A stretch of 60,167 bases of DNA. Source: Desulfurococcales archaeon (GTDB lineage Archaea > Thermoproteota > Thermoprotei_A > Sulfolobales > WANQ01). Under the pieces are notes generated by a model. That model saw only the letters and a program-made list of their open reading frames with translations. It ran no database searches and was not told where the DNA came from. Below are positions 1 to 9,364 of the stretch, piece after piece. The translations under genes and the position numbers were made by a program. The stretch covers positions 1-60,167 of the forward strand of contig JALVFK010000218.1 of assembly GCA_027030065.1 (NCBI GenBank), in the 5' to 3' direction. How positions within the stretch are numbered: the stretch's first letter is position 1; each line of letters starts with the position of its first letter.

Positions 1-42
1 AGTATATAGACTGTAAGGTAGAGTGTAAACTTACTTTAGTAA

Positions 43-774
43 TTGAAAGATTTGGTGACTACACTGATTTCTAACAAACTGACATTAATTATTATTATTT
101 TTACAATTATTATTGTACTAGTCGTCTCTATTATACTATTGAATGTCTTCAACCATGGGCATCCTCTTATGACTAAATATACTGTCACAAATACTAGTAG
201 CGGACAATCCAGAGCCGCAACTAATATCAGCATAGTTGGTGAGAACCATACTTATAGACTCGCAGTAGAGGAGTTGAAGAAGATACTTGAAGAAGCTAGG
301 GATGCCTATTTAAATGCATTAAGGAAGAATGAGGCCTGGACTATCTTTATCTCTGAGCCCTACTCTAACTTTTCAAAAACGTTTATATTAAACACTACTA
401 TTGTGAATGAGACTATATTACTCATAGACCATACAGCCTACAATTACATAATTATACATATCTATAATGCTGAATCCAAGATAGACTTTATGCCTCAAAG
501 AATTAAAGTTAACAATATCTTTATCGAACTTCTACCAAGAAATAACTCAATAACCTACACGGGCATAATACCCTACAATTACCTAGTAAAATACAGATGT
601 AAAACATATAGAGTATCATTTTCATCTATAGGCTTCATCGAAACATCATACCATCTCACAGTCTCCACAGACAAAATAGACGACAACATATACAAAGTAA
701 AGATAACAGTAACCAAGAAGCTAGGAAACACAGCATACGTTAGCGTAGCATGGCTCATACTGGTGAAAAATTAA
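43..774 (+). CDS. hypothetical membrane-anchored/secreted protein
   Basis: 243-aa ORF. N-terminal hydrophobic anchor (LTLIIIIFTIIIVLVVSIILL) followed by an Asn/Thr-rich domain with many N-x-S/T sequons. No family recognised. Confidence 0.45.
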   Translation: MKDLVTTLISNKLTLIIIIFTIIIVLVVSIILLNVFNHGHPLMTKYTVTNTSSGQSRAATNISIVGENHTYRLAVEELKKILEEARDAYLNALRKNEAWTIFISEPYSNFSKTFILNTTIVNETILLIDHTAYNYIIIHIYNAESKIDFMPQRIKVNNIFIELLPRNNSITYTGIIPYNYLVKYRCKTYRVSFSSIGFIETSYHLTVSTDKIDDNIYKVKITVTKKLGNTAYVSVAWLILVKN

Positions 775-927
775 TAACTACGCAATAGGAGACTAGAATA
801 ATGATTTTTAGGTAACCGCATTTGAATGTAGTAGAAAGTATGTTTATAGAAAACATAGTTATTTGGAAAGAGATATTCAATGTAGGCATTGACTTAAAAT
901 GCTTTTAAATACATAGAGAGTAAGGGG

Positions 928-1106
928 ATGCGTTACCAGTTGAGTTTTCCATAAAGTATGATAGCGCAGGAGATGTCCTATATATTAAGCTTAGAGATGA
1001 TAAAATTGTTGAGTCTGAGGAGATTGAGCCAGGAGTTATAGTAGATTATAACGAGAAAGGAGAAATCATCGGTATAGAGTACTATGGTTCTCGCGCAGGA
1101 GGATAG
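928..1106 (+). pseudogene. DUF2283-like (antitoxin-type) small gene, frame-disrupted
   Basis: ATG 928 reads MRYQLSFP, then TAA at 952-954. The neighbouring frame (open 924-1106, no start codon) reads IKYDSAGDVLYIKLRDDKIVESEEIEPGVIVDYNEKGEIIGIEYYGSRAGG. That matches the YD..D.LYI ... G.I.GIE pattern I recall for DUF2283. The break coincides with the T4 run at 945-948. Confidence 0.6.
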
Positions 1107-1155
1107 ATCTCTCTAAACTGATCTTAAGGGGACCAGAGGCTTTGGTGGCTGAAGC

Positions 1156-1393
1156 ATGAAAATACGTTACACCTTGCATGCACTAGAGCGACTGCGATAA
1201 CCGGGGCATAAAACGAGAACTTGTTGAGCATTGCTTAAAGAGTCCAGGTAAAGATGAAGAGATAAATGACTTGCGTAGGTGTACTAAAAAGCTTAATGAT
1301 AGGGTCATAGTGGTTGTATACAAACAAGTTAATGACATACTAATAATTATAACAGCATATATAACAACAAAAATTTGCAAATATCTCTCCTAA
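1156..1393 (+). pseudogene. DUF4258-like (toxin-type) small gene, interrupted by stop plus frame change
   Basis: ATG 1156 reads MKIRYTLHALERLR, then TAA at 1198-1200. The frame starting at 1202 continues RGIKRELVEHCLKSPGKDEEINDLRRCTKKLNDRVIVVVYKQVNDILIIITAYITTKICKYLS to TAA 1391-1393. Joined, this matches the HA..R...RGI ... VV ... IITAY pattern of DUF4258. Confidence 0.6.
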
Positions 1394-1549
1394 ATACTCT
1401 TACCAATAGTAACGAGAACAGTGCATCAAGCAGTGGATCCATTAACTTCTTCCCGAAACTTGAATACCTCTTAAGCCATAGCACATTCCGTCTCCTCTAA
1501 CCTCTCTAAAGCGGCTATCTTGACGTCTTGTAAATAAGGGTCCTGCTCA

Positions 1550-2365
1550 TCAGTCGGCTACTAGGACTGCATTTATGCTGGTACGACCGGGTATGAACGG
1601 GTCTTGGTTTAGGCCTCCGTAGAGGGCTTCGAGTTTCCAGCCAGCTTTAGAGGCTATGTCTATTAGTTCTGTTACGGTGTATATTCTTATCTTAAAGCCT
1701 TGTTTGCCGAGGAACTCGAGTTCATCGCCTTTCTTCTTATAGTATGTCCAAGTGTTCTCTAGGATTGAGGTTACTGGATCAAAACGAGGTTTCTCTATGA
1801 CGAATAAGTCTCCGAGGTCGCTGGCTATAGTGTCCATTCTACACTGAGCATTTCTAGCCACTATTGTGTCTCTATCAGTATGCCTCAGTATGAATAGTTT
1901 GCCTCCAGGAACTATTATCTTACGTATTCTTGACAGCAATTCGATATCAGTCTCTGGAGAACCCTTATAGCCTATAAGAGTTGTCCACACCATGAGAGCA
2001 GCACTATAACCTCCTTCTACTAGCTCGTCAACTTTCCAAGCATCCCCTACTACTCCTTCAACCCTTTCTTTCACACCCATATTTTGCGCATACTCTAACG
2101 CCTCCTCTACGTACTCCGAAGATATATCAAGACAAGTCACCTTATAGCCCTCTCTAGCCAAGGGGACGCTTATCCTCCCACTACCACACCCCAACTCTAT
2201 TATACGAGAACCTCTAGGAACACCATGTTTTTCTAGAAGCATTGCAATGAGATGAGCCTCCTTTACTCCACGCTCTCTATAGGCTTGTAGTACCCGTCCG
2301 AAAAGCCGACCCTTACGTATAAAGAACTCTGTTATCCAGTCATCCACAGATCCCATGTATATCAA
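1550..2365 (-). CDS. class I SAM-dependent methyltransferase
   Basis: 271 aa. Motif I IIELGCGSGRIS, followed by an acidic residue after beta-2 (CLDIS). Confidence 0.8.
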   Translation of the reverse strand: MIYMGSVDDWITEFFIRKGRLFGRVLQAYRERGVKEAHLIAMLLEKHGVPRGSRIIELGCGSGRISVPLAREGYKVTCLDISSEYVEEALEYAQNMGVKERVEGVVGDAWKVDELVEGGYSAALMVWTTLIGYKGSPETDIELLSRIRKIIVPGGKLFILRHTDRDTIVARNAQCRMDTIASDLGDLFVIEKPRFDPVTSILENTWTYYKKKGDELEFLGKQGFKIRIYTVTELIDIASKAGWKLEALYGGLNQDPFIPGRTSINAVLVAD

Positions 2366-2602
2366 CTCGACTATCTACTAGTTATTAACTTAAAACAGTA
2401 TATAATGGTTGCTTAATCCCCTATTCACTTACCTGTTTTATCTGGCAAGAGACTTTGTAGCTCTTAAGGGAGGGACCTAATACATCATATCTGTTAGGTA
2501 AGAGTTAGTTACATTAACTACAAAACACTTTTGCTTTATCACAAATTTTCGATGAGAACAAAAGCATTTATTTTTTAACATATTAGGTCTTAGGATTAAT
2601 AA

Positions 2603-2608
2603 GGAGGT
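2603..2608 (+). promoter_or_regulatory. Shine-Dalgarno GGAGGT, 5 nt upstream of ATG 2614
   Basis: Sequence aaGGAGGTttgaaATG read directly. Confidence 0.5.
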
Positions 2609-2613
2609 TTGAA

Positions 2614-3495
2614 ATGGTGTTTGGGTCATTATTTGGGAATCCGGTAAGGCTTTCCTTAGTGGTTGATAAGGGTTCGTATGTGCCTGGAGAGGATTTAGTC
2701 TATAGAGTTGAGGTTGAGGCGAAGAAGGATGTTGATTTGAAGGAGTTAAAGGCTGAACTTGTAGGGGTTTTGAGGGGTAGGGCTACTTGCTGGTATGAGG
2801 AGGATGATGAAAGGTATTCAAGGGATGTTGATTTTTCGTTGACCTTGTTTAGGAGAGAGCAGGTTTTAGTCAGTAATGTGAAGTTGCATAAGGGGAGGTA
2901 TGTTTATTCTGGGAGATTCAATATACCAGTAGATGCTGCTCATTCTGGGAAGAGAGGCATTGTTGAGAGTGAGTGGTTTTTAAGAGTAGAGGCTAAGAGG
3001 ACTTTTAGGTCTTCTCGTAGCGAGGCTAAGATAAATGTTATTAATAGTGGCGTTAACGGCGCTGTTATTGCCAAGAATTTAAGGTTCGGTAATGGAGCTG
3101 TAGTGGTAAGGTTGCCTGAGTATATTAGAGCTGGTACGAGAGTTAGAGGAGTTTTACAAATAGGAGTTGTCGGTGAAAGGAGTCCTAATGAGTATTGTAG
3201 AGAGTTGTTGATCGAGGTTGTGAATAGTGTTCGTATTGATAGATACACTATTGACGTACATGCCGATAATTGTGATGAAACCATGTTTACAAAAACATTA
3301 GTAAAGAAGAAACTAGCTGAGAACATTGCGCTAAGTTCACAGTTATATGAACTGCCTTTCGAGTTCTATCTGCCTGGTGACGTGGTGCCCTCTTTTGATG
3401 TAGGGAGAGCATATTCTAAGTGGTTATTAACGGTGACTTGCAGTAAGGGTTTGTTGAAGAAGGAGAGGTCTTCGATCCCGTTAAAGGTTGTCTGA
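2614..3495 (+). CDS. arrestin-fold / Spo0M-like two-domain protein (hypothetical)
   Basis: 293 aa. The N-terminus (LSLVVDKGSYVPGEDLVYRVEVEAKKDVDLKELKAELVG) resembles the Spo0M/arrestin-N beta-sandwich opening. A second similar half begins around VVVRLPEYIRAGTRVRGVLQIGV. Assignment is by pattern recognition only. Confidence 0.45.
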   Translation: MVFGSLFGNPVRLSLVVDKGSYVPGEDLVYRVEVEAKKDVDLKELKAELVGVLRGRATCWYEEDDERYSRDVDFSLTLFRREQVLVSNVKLHKGRYVYSGRFNIPVDAAHSGKRGIVESEWFLRVEAKRTFRSSRSEAKINVINSGVNGAVIAKNLRFGNGAVVVRLPEYIRAGTRVRGVLQIGVVGERSPNEYCRELLIEVVNSVRIDRYTIDVHADNCDETMFTKTLVKKKLAENIALSSQLYELPFEFYLPGDVVPSFDVGRAYSKWLLTVTCSKGLLKKERSSIPLKVV

Positions 3496-3520
3496 TCGGG
3501 AAACTTATAGTAGAATTATG

Positions 3521-4348
3521 CTACGTGTATGCATAGGTTGCAAAGATCCATGCAATAATACCTAGCAAAATGAAAATAGGGAGTAAGGTTGCTAGGAACG
3601 GGTAATTGAGTATATGTTCTGGTTCAATAGGTTCTAATGGTGTTCCTGGTAGATGTAGTAGAGGGCCTAAGAGATAGTAGGATAGAGTTAAAGCTATTGC
3701 AGAACCTAAAAGGTGAAGTATACCCGAAGCCTTAGCCAGTCTACTGTTTTCGGATAGCATGATTATTCCTAAACCAGTCTTTCCTATAGATAATAAGATT
3801 CCGAGAATAGCTGCTATTGTATCTATTTCGAGGCTCCCTATTTCAATAGTTCTTGTCTGAAGAGGTGTTAACAAAGGCGTTGACCCTATAATTAATATGA
3901 TTATAGCAATTATGAATAATATCGCAAGAATAGTGTATGAAGCCCCTGAAATACCCAATAATATCCTTAGGGAACCATGAGCATGCTTTGATGCCTCCCT
4001 AAGAATTTTCCCGTTGGTCCAAAGATGATAAATTACAATACCAGCAATCGTGAAGAAAATTATTGAGGCGAAAACAGTATCAATACCCACCTTGAAGCCT
4101 AATAGGTATAGAAAACCAACTACAACAATAGATACAATAAACAATACAAAAGCATAAATTATCATAAGATACCAGAATAAAACAACAATAACAAAAAGAC
4201 CGAGTATTGGGATAAAAACCCATTCTCCACCTATGAGAGGTGAATTCGAAGACGTAATATCAAAGAATAATATAAAAGCAAGGACAACGTAAACAAGAAT
4301 ACCCGTATAATACACATAGTTTTCAGAGAATCGGGTGAGATAACCCAA
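3521..4348 (-). CDS. polytopic integral membrane protein, unknown function
   Basis: 275 aa, about 8 hydrophobic helices, no motif recognised. Confidence 0.55.
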   Translation of the reverse strand: MGYLTRFSENYVYYTGILVYVVLAFILFFDITSSNSPLIGGEWVFIPILGLFVIVVLFWYLMIIYAFVLFIVSIVVVGFLYLLGFKVGIDTVFASIIFFTIAGIVIYHLWTNGKILREASKHAHGSLRILLGISGASYTILAILFIIAIIILIIGSTPLLTPLQTRTIEIGSLEIDTIAAILGILLSIGKTGLGIIMLSENSRLAKASGILHLLGSAIALTLSYYLLGPLLHLPGTPLEPIEPEHILNYPFLATLLPIFILLGIIAWIFATYAYT

Positions 4349-4521
4349 AAAATCTCACCCACTCTGATCTAGATTATCTGACACTAGTCTCTATTATAAT
4401 AAATTTACTTTGATCAGTGTTATCAATAATCCTTTTAACACCATACATACTCATTCCATACTAAGCAGTTTTTAGAATTTATTTCTCGGCCTACTGTATA
4501 ATTCTTTTGGTGTAAGATTTA

Positions 4522-5436
4522 GTGATTTCTAAAAGCTATCGTAGGAAAGAATCAGTAGCAATAATTAAACCAAACCCACCATACATGATAACACCACACC
4601 TAAGAAAATTCACGTTAAAGGATAAGCCAACACCATGTATATATGATAATTTATCTAGAACTTGTATGCGACTTGTAACATGGGGTGTCAAGGAAGAAGT
4701 AGCATATGAGGTAACAGTGATTAGTGAAGGATGGAAACCATTAATAAGGATACGCGTATTCAAGGGCTCCCTTGAAACTGCTGTGAGAATAATTGAGCAT
4801 GTCTTGAACGTAAAGTACATGTATCCAGATATATCATTACTCATAAATGCGTGCCCCGGGCTAAGAGAAGTCGTTGAAAGATATCCTGGCTTAAGACCAG
4901 CTTTAAATCCAAGTGTATGGGAGTCTTTGGTTAAAACTATAGTGAATCAACAAATACCTATACACTTGGCCCTACGAATAATCTCGAAACTCGTTGAGTA
5001 TCTCGGCAGAAAGATAACCATTGATAACAGCAGAAGAATATTCTATGACTTTCCAACACCAGAAGCAATATTGAATGCAGGAGTAGACGAGCTTAGAGGT
5101 ATGGGACTTAGTAGAAGAAAGGCCGAATATTTGACTGGTATAGCCGAAGCTATTGTTAAACGAGGATACAACATAGAAAGAATAGGTAAACTGATACCTC
5201 AAGAGGCAATAGAGGAATTAATGACATTTAGAGGTATAGGGCCCTGGACGGCAAAACTAGCCTATATGGCTTATACAGGTAATTTGAACCTACTTCTCTC
5301 TGAAGACCTATCTGTGAACAGAGGGCTTAGACTAGCCAATTGCCGTAAGAAATTTATGATCGACGTTGCAGACTACGTTGGTTTGATATCATACTTAGCT
5401 GCAATACTATATGAACGTGTATCTCATAATCATTAA
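4522..5436 (+). CDS. HhH-GPD DNA glycosylase (AlkA / 3-methyladenine glycosylase II-like)
   Basis: 304 aa with GTG start. Helix-hairpin-helix LRGMGLSRRKAEYL, Gly/Pro loop FRGIGPWTAKLAYM, then the catalytic-Asp region LLLSEDLSVNRGL. Confidence 0.75.
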   Translation: MISKSYRRKESVAIIKPNPPYMITPHLRKFTLKDKPTPCIYDNLSRTCMRLVTWGVKEEVAYEVTVISEGWKPLIRIRVFKGSLETAVRIIEHVLNVKYMYPDISLLINACPGLREVVERYPGLRPALNPSVWESLVKTIVNQQIPIHLALRIISKLVEYLGRKITIDNSRRIFYDFPTPEAILNAGVDELRGMGLSRRKAEYLTGIAEAIVKRGYNIERIGKLIPQEAIEELMTFRGIGPWTAKLAYMAYTGNLNLLLSEDLSVNRGLRLANCRKKFMIDVADYVGLISYLAAILYERVSHNH

Positions 5437-5660
5437 TAGGACAACAAGTATGATAACTTGTTATTTATATTTGAAAACGTCTATGGTCTCACTAAGATAT
5501 GTTTTGTGGAAAGCTAATGATGAATTCCTTAATATTACCGTATAAATTACGCTTACACTAAATGTTAGTCTTATTTTGGATCTTAGACTAGTGTATTATA
5601 CTATTAAACCTTCACCTTTATTATTTCCCACATAAATACCAGCTACACGGTTGAGCGAAC

Positions 5661-6020
5661 ATGTCTACAACAACTAACCATAATATTGACCGATCAAAAA
5701 ACACTGACAATATCTTTATTTGGCAACTCATAGCATGGATTTTCAGTATAGTTGGTGCATTGATAGCATATCTAGCTGGCCCTAGAGATCCGAAAGTAAC
5801 TCATTGGGAAAAGCTCTCTATAGCGTTCTTTATAGTATACGTAATAGCGTACGTTGTATCCTCCGCACTAGAGTTAATACCGTTTATAGGACATATACTC
5901 TCTATCCTAATATGGCTAGCAATAATAGCGATATGGATTATCGGCATCATTAAGGTAATTCAAAGAGAAGAATGGAAACCACCAATACTCTGGGATATAG
6001 CCGAGAAAATACCACTTTAG
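5661..6020 (+). CDS. small membrane protein, unknown function
   Basis: 119 aa with three hydrophobic helices. Confidence 0.5.
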   Translation: MSTTTNHNIDRSKNTDNIFIWQLIAWIFSIVGALIAYLAGPRDPKVTHWEKLSIAFFIVYVIAYVVSSALELIPFIGHILSILIWLAIIAIWIIGIIKVIQREEWKPPILWDIAEKIPL

Positions 6021-6165
6021 TTTCCAGTAGTATCTTTTTAACAACATATACGACCATATAAATTTACATAAACAATTTATATGAGAGTACAAATATCCTC
6101 CACGAGATAATAGTATTGAACATAGGTTAAATTATTCAGATTAAAAATCTAGTTAGGAATGCATC

Positions 6166-7029
6166 ATGACTAGTCTACGTAGAGCATCAACTGCGCTGAG
6201 AATTCTAGGAGTACAAATCATGTTAAGGGAAATTTTTAGAAGATTGACCGGAAGACCTTATTCCTACAACGATATTGTTAATATAAGCAGTGATGTTGAT
6301 TTTATCACATTATTTTATCTTTTAGAAAAAGGAATCAAGTTGAGAAGAGAGAAAGAGTTTATTGTCGCTGAAACACGTTACGGTGATTTCTATGTACGGG
6401 ATCAAGACTTTACATTACTGCTATCATTGATATATGATCCAGAGGAAGATTATAGTTTCATAGAATATCGAGGAAAGAGTGTTTTAGATCTCGGTGCTTA
6501 TTATGGTGATACTGCTTTGTTCTTTCTAAAGAAGGGGGCAAGATTTCTTTATCTTTATGAGCCTGTTAAAACTATTTATGATTACTTACTGATAAATCTT
6601 GAAAAGAACGAAATTGACCCAAATAAATATAGGGCTTTTAATATTGGCGCCTGGATTGACAACGGTATAGTGTATACTAGGTTTAATATGCAGGGAACAG
6701 GGTTAACACCACTCATTAATTATGATGTGTGTAAGAGTTTATCCGACTGTGTTGAACTTAAGTTGAAATCTTTAAGGGAAATCCTAGAGGAAAGCTTGGC
6801 TGGAAGAGACAGTAGTGAGAATATAGTTAAGATTGACTGCGAGGGATGCGAATACAGTATACTTACCGTTTCATGCAATACTATATCTCTAGCAGATAAC
6901 TATATAGTTGAGATCCATGGCGCCCCGAATCCGATAGTGTATAAGTATGATAAATGCGGTTTTAAAGCCGAATTAAAGAAAAAACAGAACACAGACTATA
7001 TAACTCTATGGCATTTCTATAAAGAATAA
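6166..7029 (+). CDS. FkbM-family methyltransferase
   Basis: 287 aa. VLDLGAYYGDTALFF (SAM motif) and KIDCEGCEYSIL, typical of the FkbM family. Confidence 0.7.
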   Translation: MTSLRRASTALRILGVQIMLREIFRRLTGRPYSYNDIVNISSDVDFITLFYLLEKGIKLRREKEFIVAETRYGDFYVRDQDFTLLLSLIYDPEEDYSFIEYRGKSVLDLGAYYGDTALFFLKKGARFLYLYEPVKTIYDYLLINLEKNEIDPNKYRAFNIGAWIDNGIVYTRFNMQGTGLTPLINYDVCKSLSDCVELKLKSLREILEESLAGRDSSENIVKIDCEGCEYSILTVSCNTISLADNYIVEIHGAPNPIVYKYDKCGFKAELKKKQNTDYITLWHFYKE

Positions 7030-7036
7030 AATTAGG

Positions 7037-8137
7037 TTAAGTTTGTGTAACGTTTTCGAGAAATCCATCCTCTCTTACTATAAATGTGTCTTCGTGTTTT
7101 ACTTGACCTAGTCCTTCTATTAGTAGTGGTGCATGTATGAAGGCTAGAGCCATATTTGGTTTTACTTCAACGAAACGGTCTTTGGGTAATATTGTTGTTA
7201 TTGGTGGCTCTTCTATTTGAAGTCCTACGCTGTGAGCATACCCTACTACACGGTATTCGAGCATACCATATTTACGATATATATTGTCTAGTTCTTTTAT
7301 TACTGATATAAACCTTGTTCCAGGCTTAGTTTTCTCTATTGCTGTTCTATAGACCTCATTCATGCAGTCTAATGCTTTCTTCGCAGTACCCTTGGGTTCT
7401 CCTACGTATATTGTTCTAGCTATGTTTGAATAGTATCTATTATAGTCTACCCCGAGAACAATGTTAACGAATACGCCTTCCCGTACTTTTACGTCTCGGA
7501 AAGGCTCGGCGTGTACACGTGGATGAGGTCCGACATTTACGTAGACGAGGGGTTCTTCTGAACCATACTTGTATAGTAGGCGATATGCTTCGCCAGCGAT
7601 TTCTGTTTCTGATAACCCTGGCTTTATCATATCTATTATTTCGTTTATTGTTCTTGAAGCTATTTTACCTGCCATACGTATAGCGTTTAACTCGTATTCG
7701 TCTTTTATCATACGCATGGTGTAAAGTATGTTAGATATATCTACAACTTTTGTTTTAGGGTTTAAGCGCTTGAACATTTCAAAGAATATTATGTAGGCGT
7801 CTCGCTCTATACCGTATTCTAAGCCTACTACTCGGTAATTATTGTTTCTTATAGTGCTTGATACCTTTGCCATAAGGTCTCCTCCATCGGTAAAGGTTAC
7901 CACGTTGTGTATCCACGTCCTTTCCTTTATTCCCTCTTCTTCACCTCTTGCTACAAATAGTGTTGGTTCACCATGTGCTGGAATCAATATAGCGGGACGT
8001 AGCCATTTTGTTCCCGTGAAGTATATGAAGCTTGAGAGAGTACGTATCATGGCTGCATCTATATTGTTCTCGGAGAGCTTTTCTTGGAATCTGCGAAGTC
8101 TTTTCTCAAGTATTTCACGTGGGAATCTTATTTTCAT
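7037..8137 (-). CDS. M24-family Xaa-Pro aminopeptidase/prolidase
   Basis: Creatinase-like N-domain plus pita-bread C-domain (HSVGLQIEEPP, metal-ligand pattern). ATG 8137 is preceded by AGGTG 6 nt upstream. The open frame extends to GTG 8146. Confidence 0.85.
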   Translation of the reverse strand: MKIRFPREILEKRLRRFQEKLSENNIDAAMIRTLSSFIYFTGTKWLRPAILIPAHGEPTLFVARGEEEGIKERTWIHNVVTFTDGGDLMAKVSSTIRNNNYRVVGLEYGIERDAYIIFFEMFKRLNPKTKVVDISNILYTMRMIKDEYELNAIRMAGKIASRTINEIIDMIKPGLSETEIAGEAYRLLYKYGSEEPLVYVNVGPHPRVHAEPFRDVKVREGVFVNIVLGVDYNRYYSNIARTIYVGEPKGTAKKALDCMNEVYRTAIEKTKPGTRFISVIKELDNIYRKYGMLEYRVVGYAHSVGLQIEEPPITTILPKDRFVEVKPNMALAFIHAPLLIEGLGQVKHEDTFIVREDGFLENVTQT

Positions 8138-8213
8138 GAAGCACACCTATATGACGCGTGTCATATATATGTTAACACGGTATATATACCTTACTATAAT
8201 CGCTAACAAAGAG

Positions 8214-8627
8214 CTAAGAATGTGAACTCTTCGTATAGGGTTCAAATAATACTATGCAAGTCCTACACTTCCCCAGATCAATATCCTTGTCCAACTTAGC
8301 GTGGAGAAAACATGCATATCCTTTACCTAAGAAAACCATGGTTATTCTAGATAGCTCTAACTGTATGTCATATATACTAATCTTCTTACCTGCTATCCTA
8401 TGTGCAAGGATTCTAAGTTCTCTGTCTATATCTTTGTACTTTGATACGTCTATGTAGACCCCTCTATTGCCCTCAACATACCTTGATACCGCTGACTGCG
8501 ATATGCCTAGTAGTTTGGCTATTTCTATCTGACTCATTTTCTTTTCGTAATATAGTATCTCAACGAGTCTTCTCCTTAATGCTGGGTATACGTATTTTGC
8601 CGCTAGTTGTGGTACTGAGATCCTCAT
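8214..8627 (-). CDS. HTH transcriptional regulator (archaeal, C-terminal Cys motif)
   Basis: 137 aa. HTH MSQIEIAKLLGISQSAVSRYVEG. C-terminal CFLH...CRTC. Confidence 0.65.
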   Translation of the reverse strand: MRISVPQLAAKYVYPALRRRLVEILYYEKKMSQIEIAKLLGISQSAVSRYVEGNRGVYIDVSKYKDIDRELRILAHRIAGKKISIYDIQLELSRITMVFLGKGYACFLHAKLDKDIDLGKCRTCIVLFEPYTKSSHS

Positions 8628-8689
8628 AGACTATCCTCATAGATAAGAAATATGACAAGCGTCATTAATAAGCTTGACTAAAAATACCG

Positions 8690-9361
8690 TTATTTGAGAA
8701 CCCCTCTCCGATACAATACCGATACTTCTACAAGCCTAACAACTACGTAAGTATAGGATAGGATGGATATTAGTATTAGAGTCTCTAAAGGCCTCTGTAA
8801 TAATCCACCAATAAATAAAACGAATAATCGTACATCTCTAGAAGCAAATACTGGTACTCGGCATATCTTATGTAGGCTTACACCAAGACTTGCTTCTGCT
8901 CTAGCATGAATATAGCTTACTAAGATGTCACCACTTAGAGAAAATATTATAACTAGTAATAGATATTGTACTGACAGTACATTCCAGTATCCATTATACG
9001 TTAACATTACTAAACTTAGTCCAGTAATAACCGATATATCTGCCAACCTATCCAATACTGCGTCAAAAAATCCACCAAACTTACTTGTCTTATTTAGGGC
9101 CCGCGCTAGTTCTCCATCAACTCCATCTATTATTGAAGATATCTGTACTAGAATCCCCCCTATTATTAGATTATTTAATGCAAAGAGTACCCCAGAAAAT
9201 ACTCCTAGTAGAAAACTTATAATTGAGACTTGATTCGGAGTTAAAGGAATATTATGTTCTATTATTATATGCGTAATCCTAGTAGATATCTTTCGGTTAA
9301 TATACTTTGATACTGGTCCATCAGTAGACTTTACCAGAATCCTTCCATTATACGTCTTCAT
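8690..9361 (-). CDS. CDP-alcohol phosphatidyltransferase, probable di-myo-inositol-phosphate-phosphate synthase (DIPPS)
   Basis: 223 aa, multi-TM. Signature DGVDGELARALNKTSKFGGFFDAVLDRLAD = D-x2-DG-x2-AR-x8-G-x3-D-x3-D. It lies 3 nt downstream of a cytidylyltransferase-type gene. Confidence 0.65.
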   Translation of the reverse strand: MKTYNGRILVKSTDGPVSKYINRKISTRITHIIIEHNIPLTPNQVSIISFLLGVFSGVLFALNNLIIGGILVQISSIIDGVDGELARALNKTSKFGGFFDAVLDRLADISVITGLSLVMLTYNGYWNVLSVQYLLLVIIFSLSGDILVSYIHARAEASLGVSLHKICRVPVFASRDVRLFVLFIGGLLQRPLETLILISILSYTYVVVRLVEVSVLYRRGVLK

Positions 9362-9364
9362 TCT

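Noticed and set aside
1183-1380. 65-aa minus-strand ORF in the track.
   Set aside because: It lies antisense to the recognisable DUF4258-like reading frame, and its translation has no features.
5511-5580. C/D-box sRNA candidate (ATGATGA at about 5515 in an intergenic region).
   Set aside because: No CTGA D or D' box at the expected 12-nt guide spacing and no terminal complementary stem. A single C-box-like heptamer is expected by chance in AT-rich DNA.
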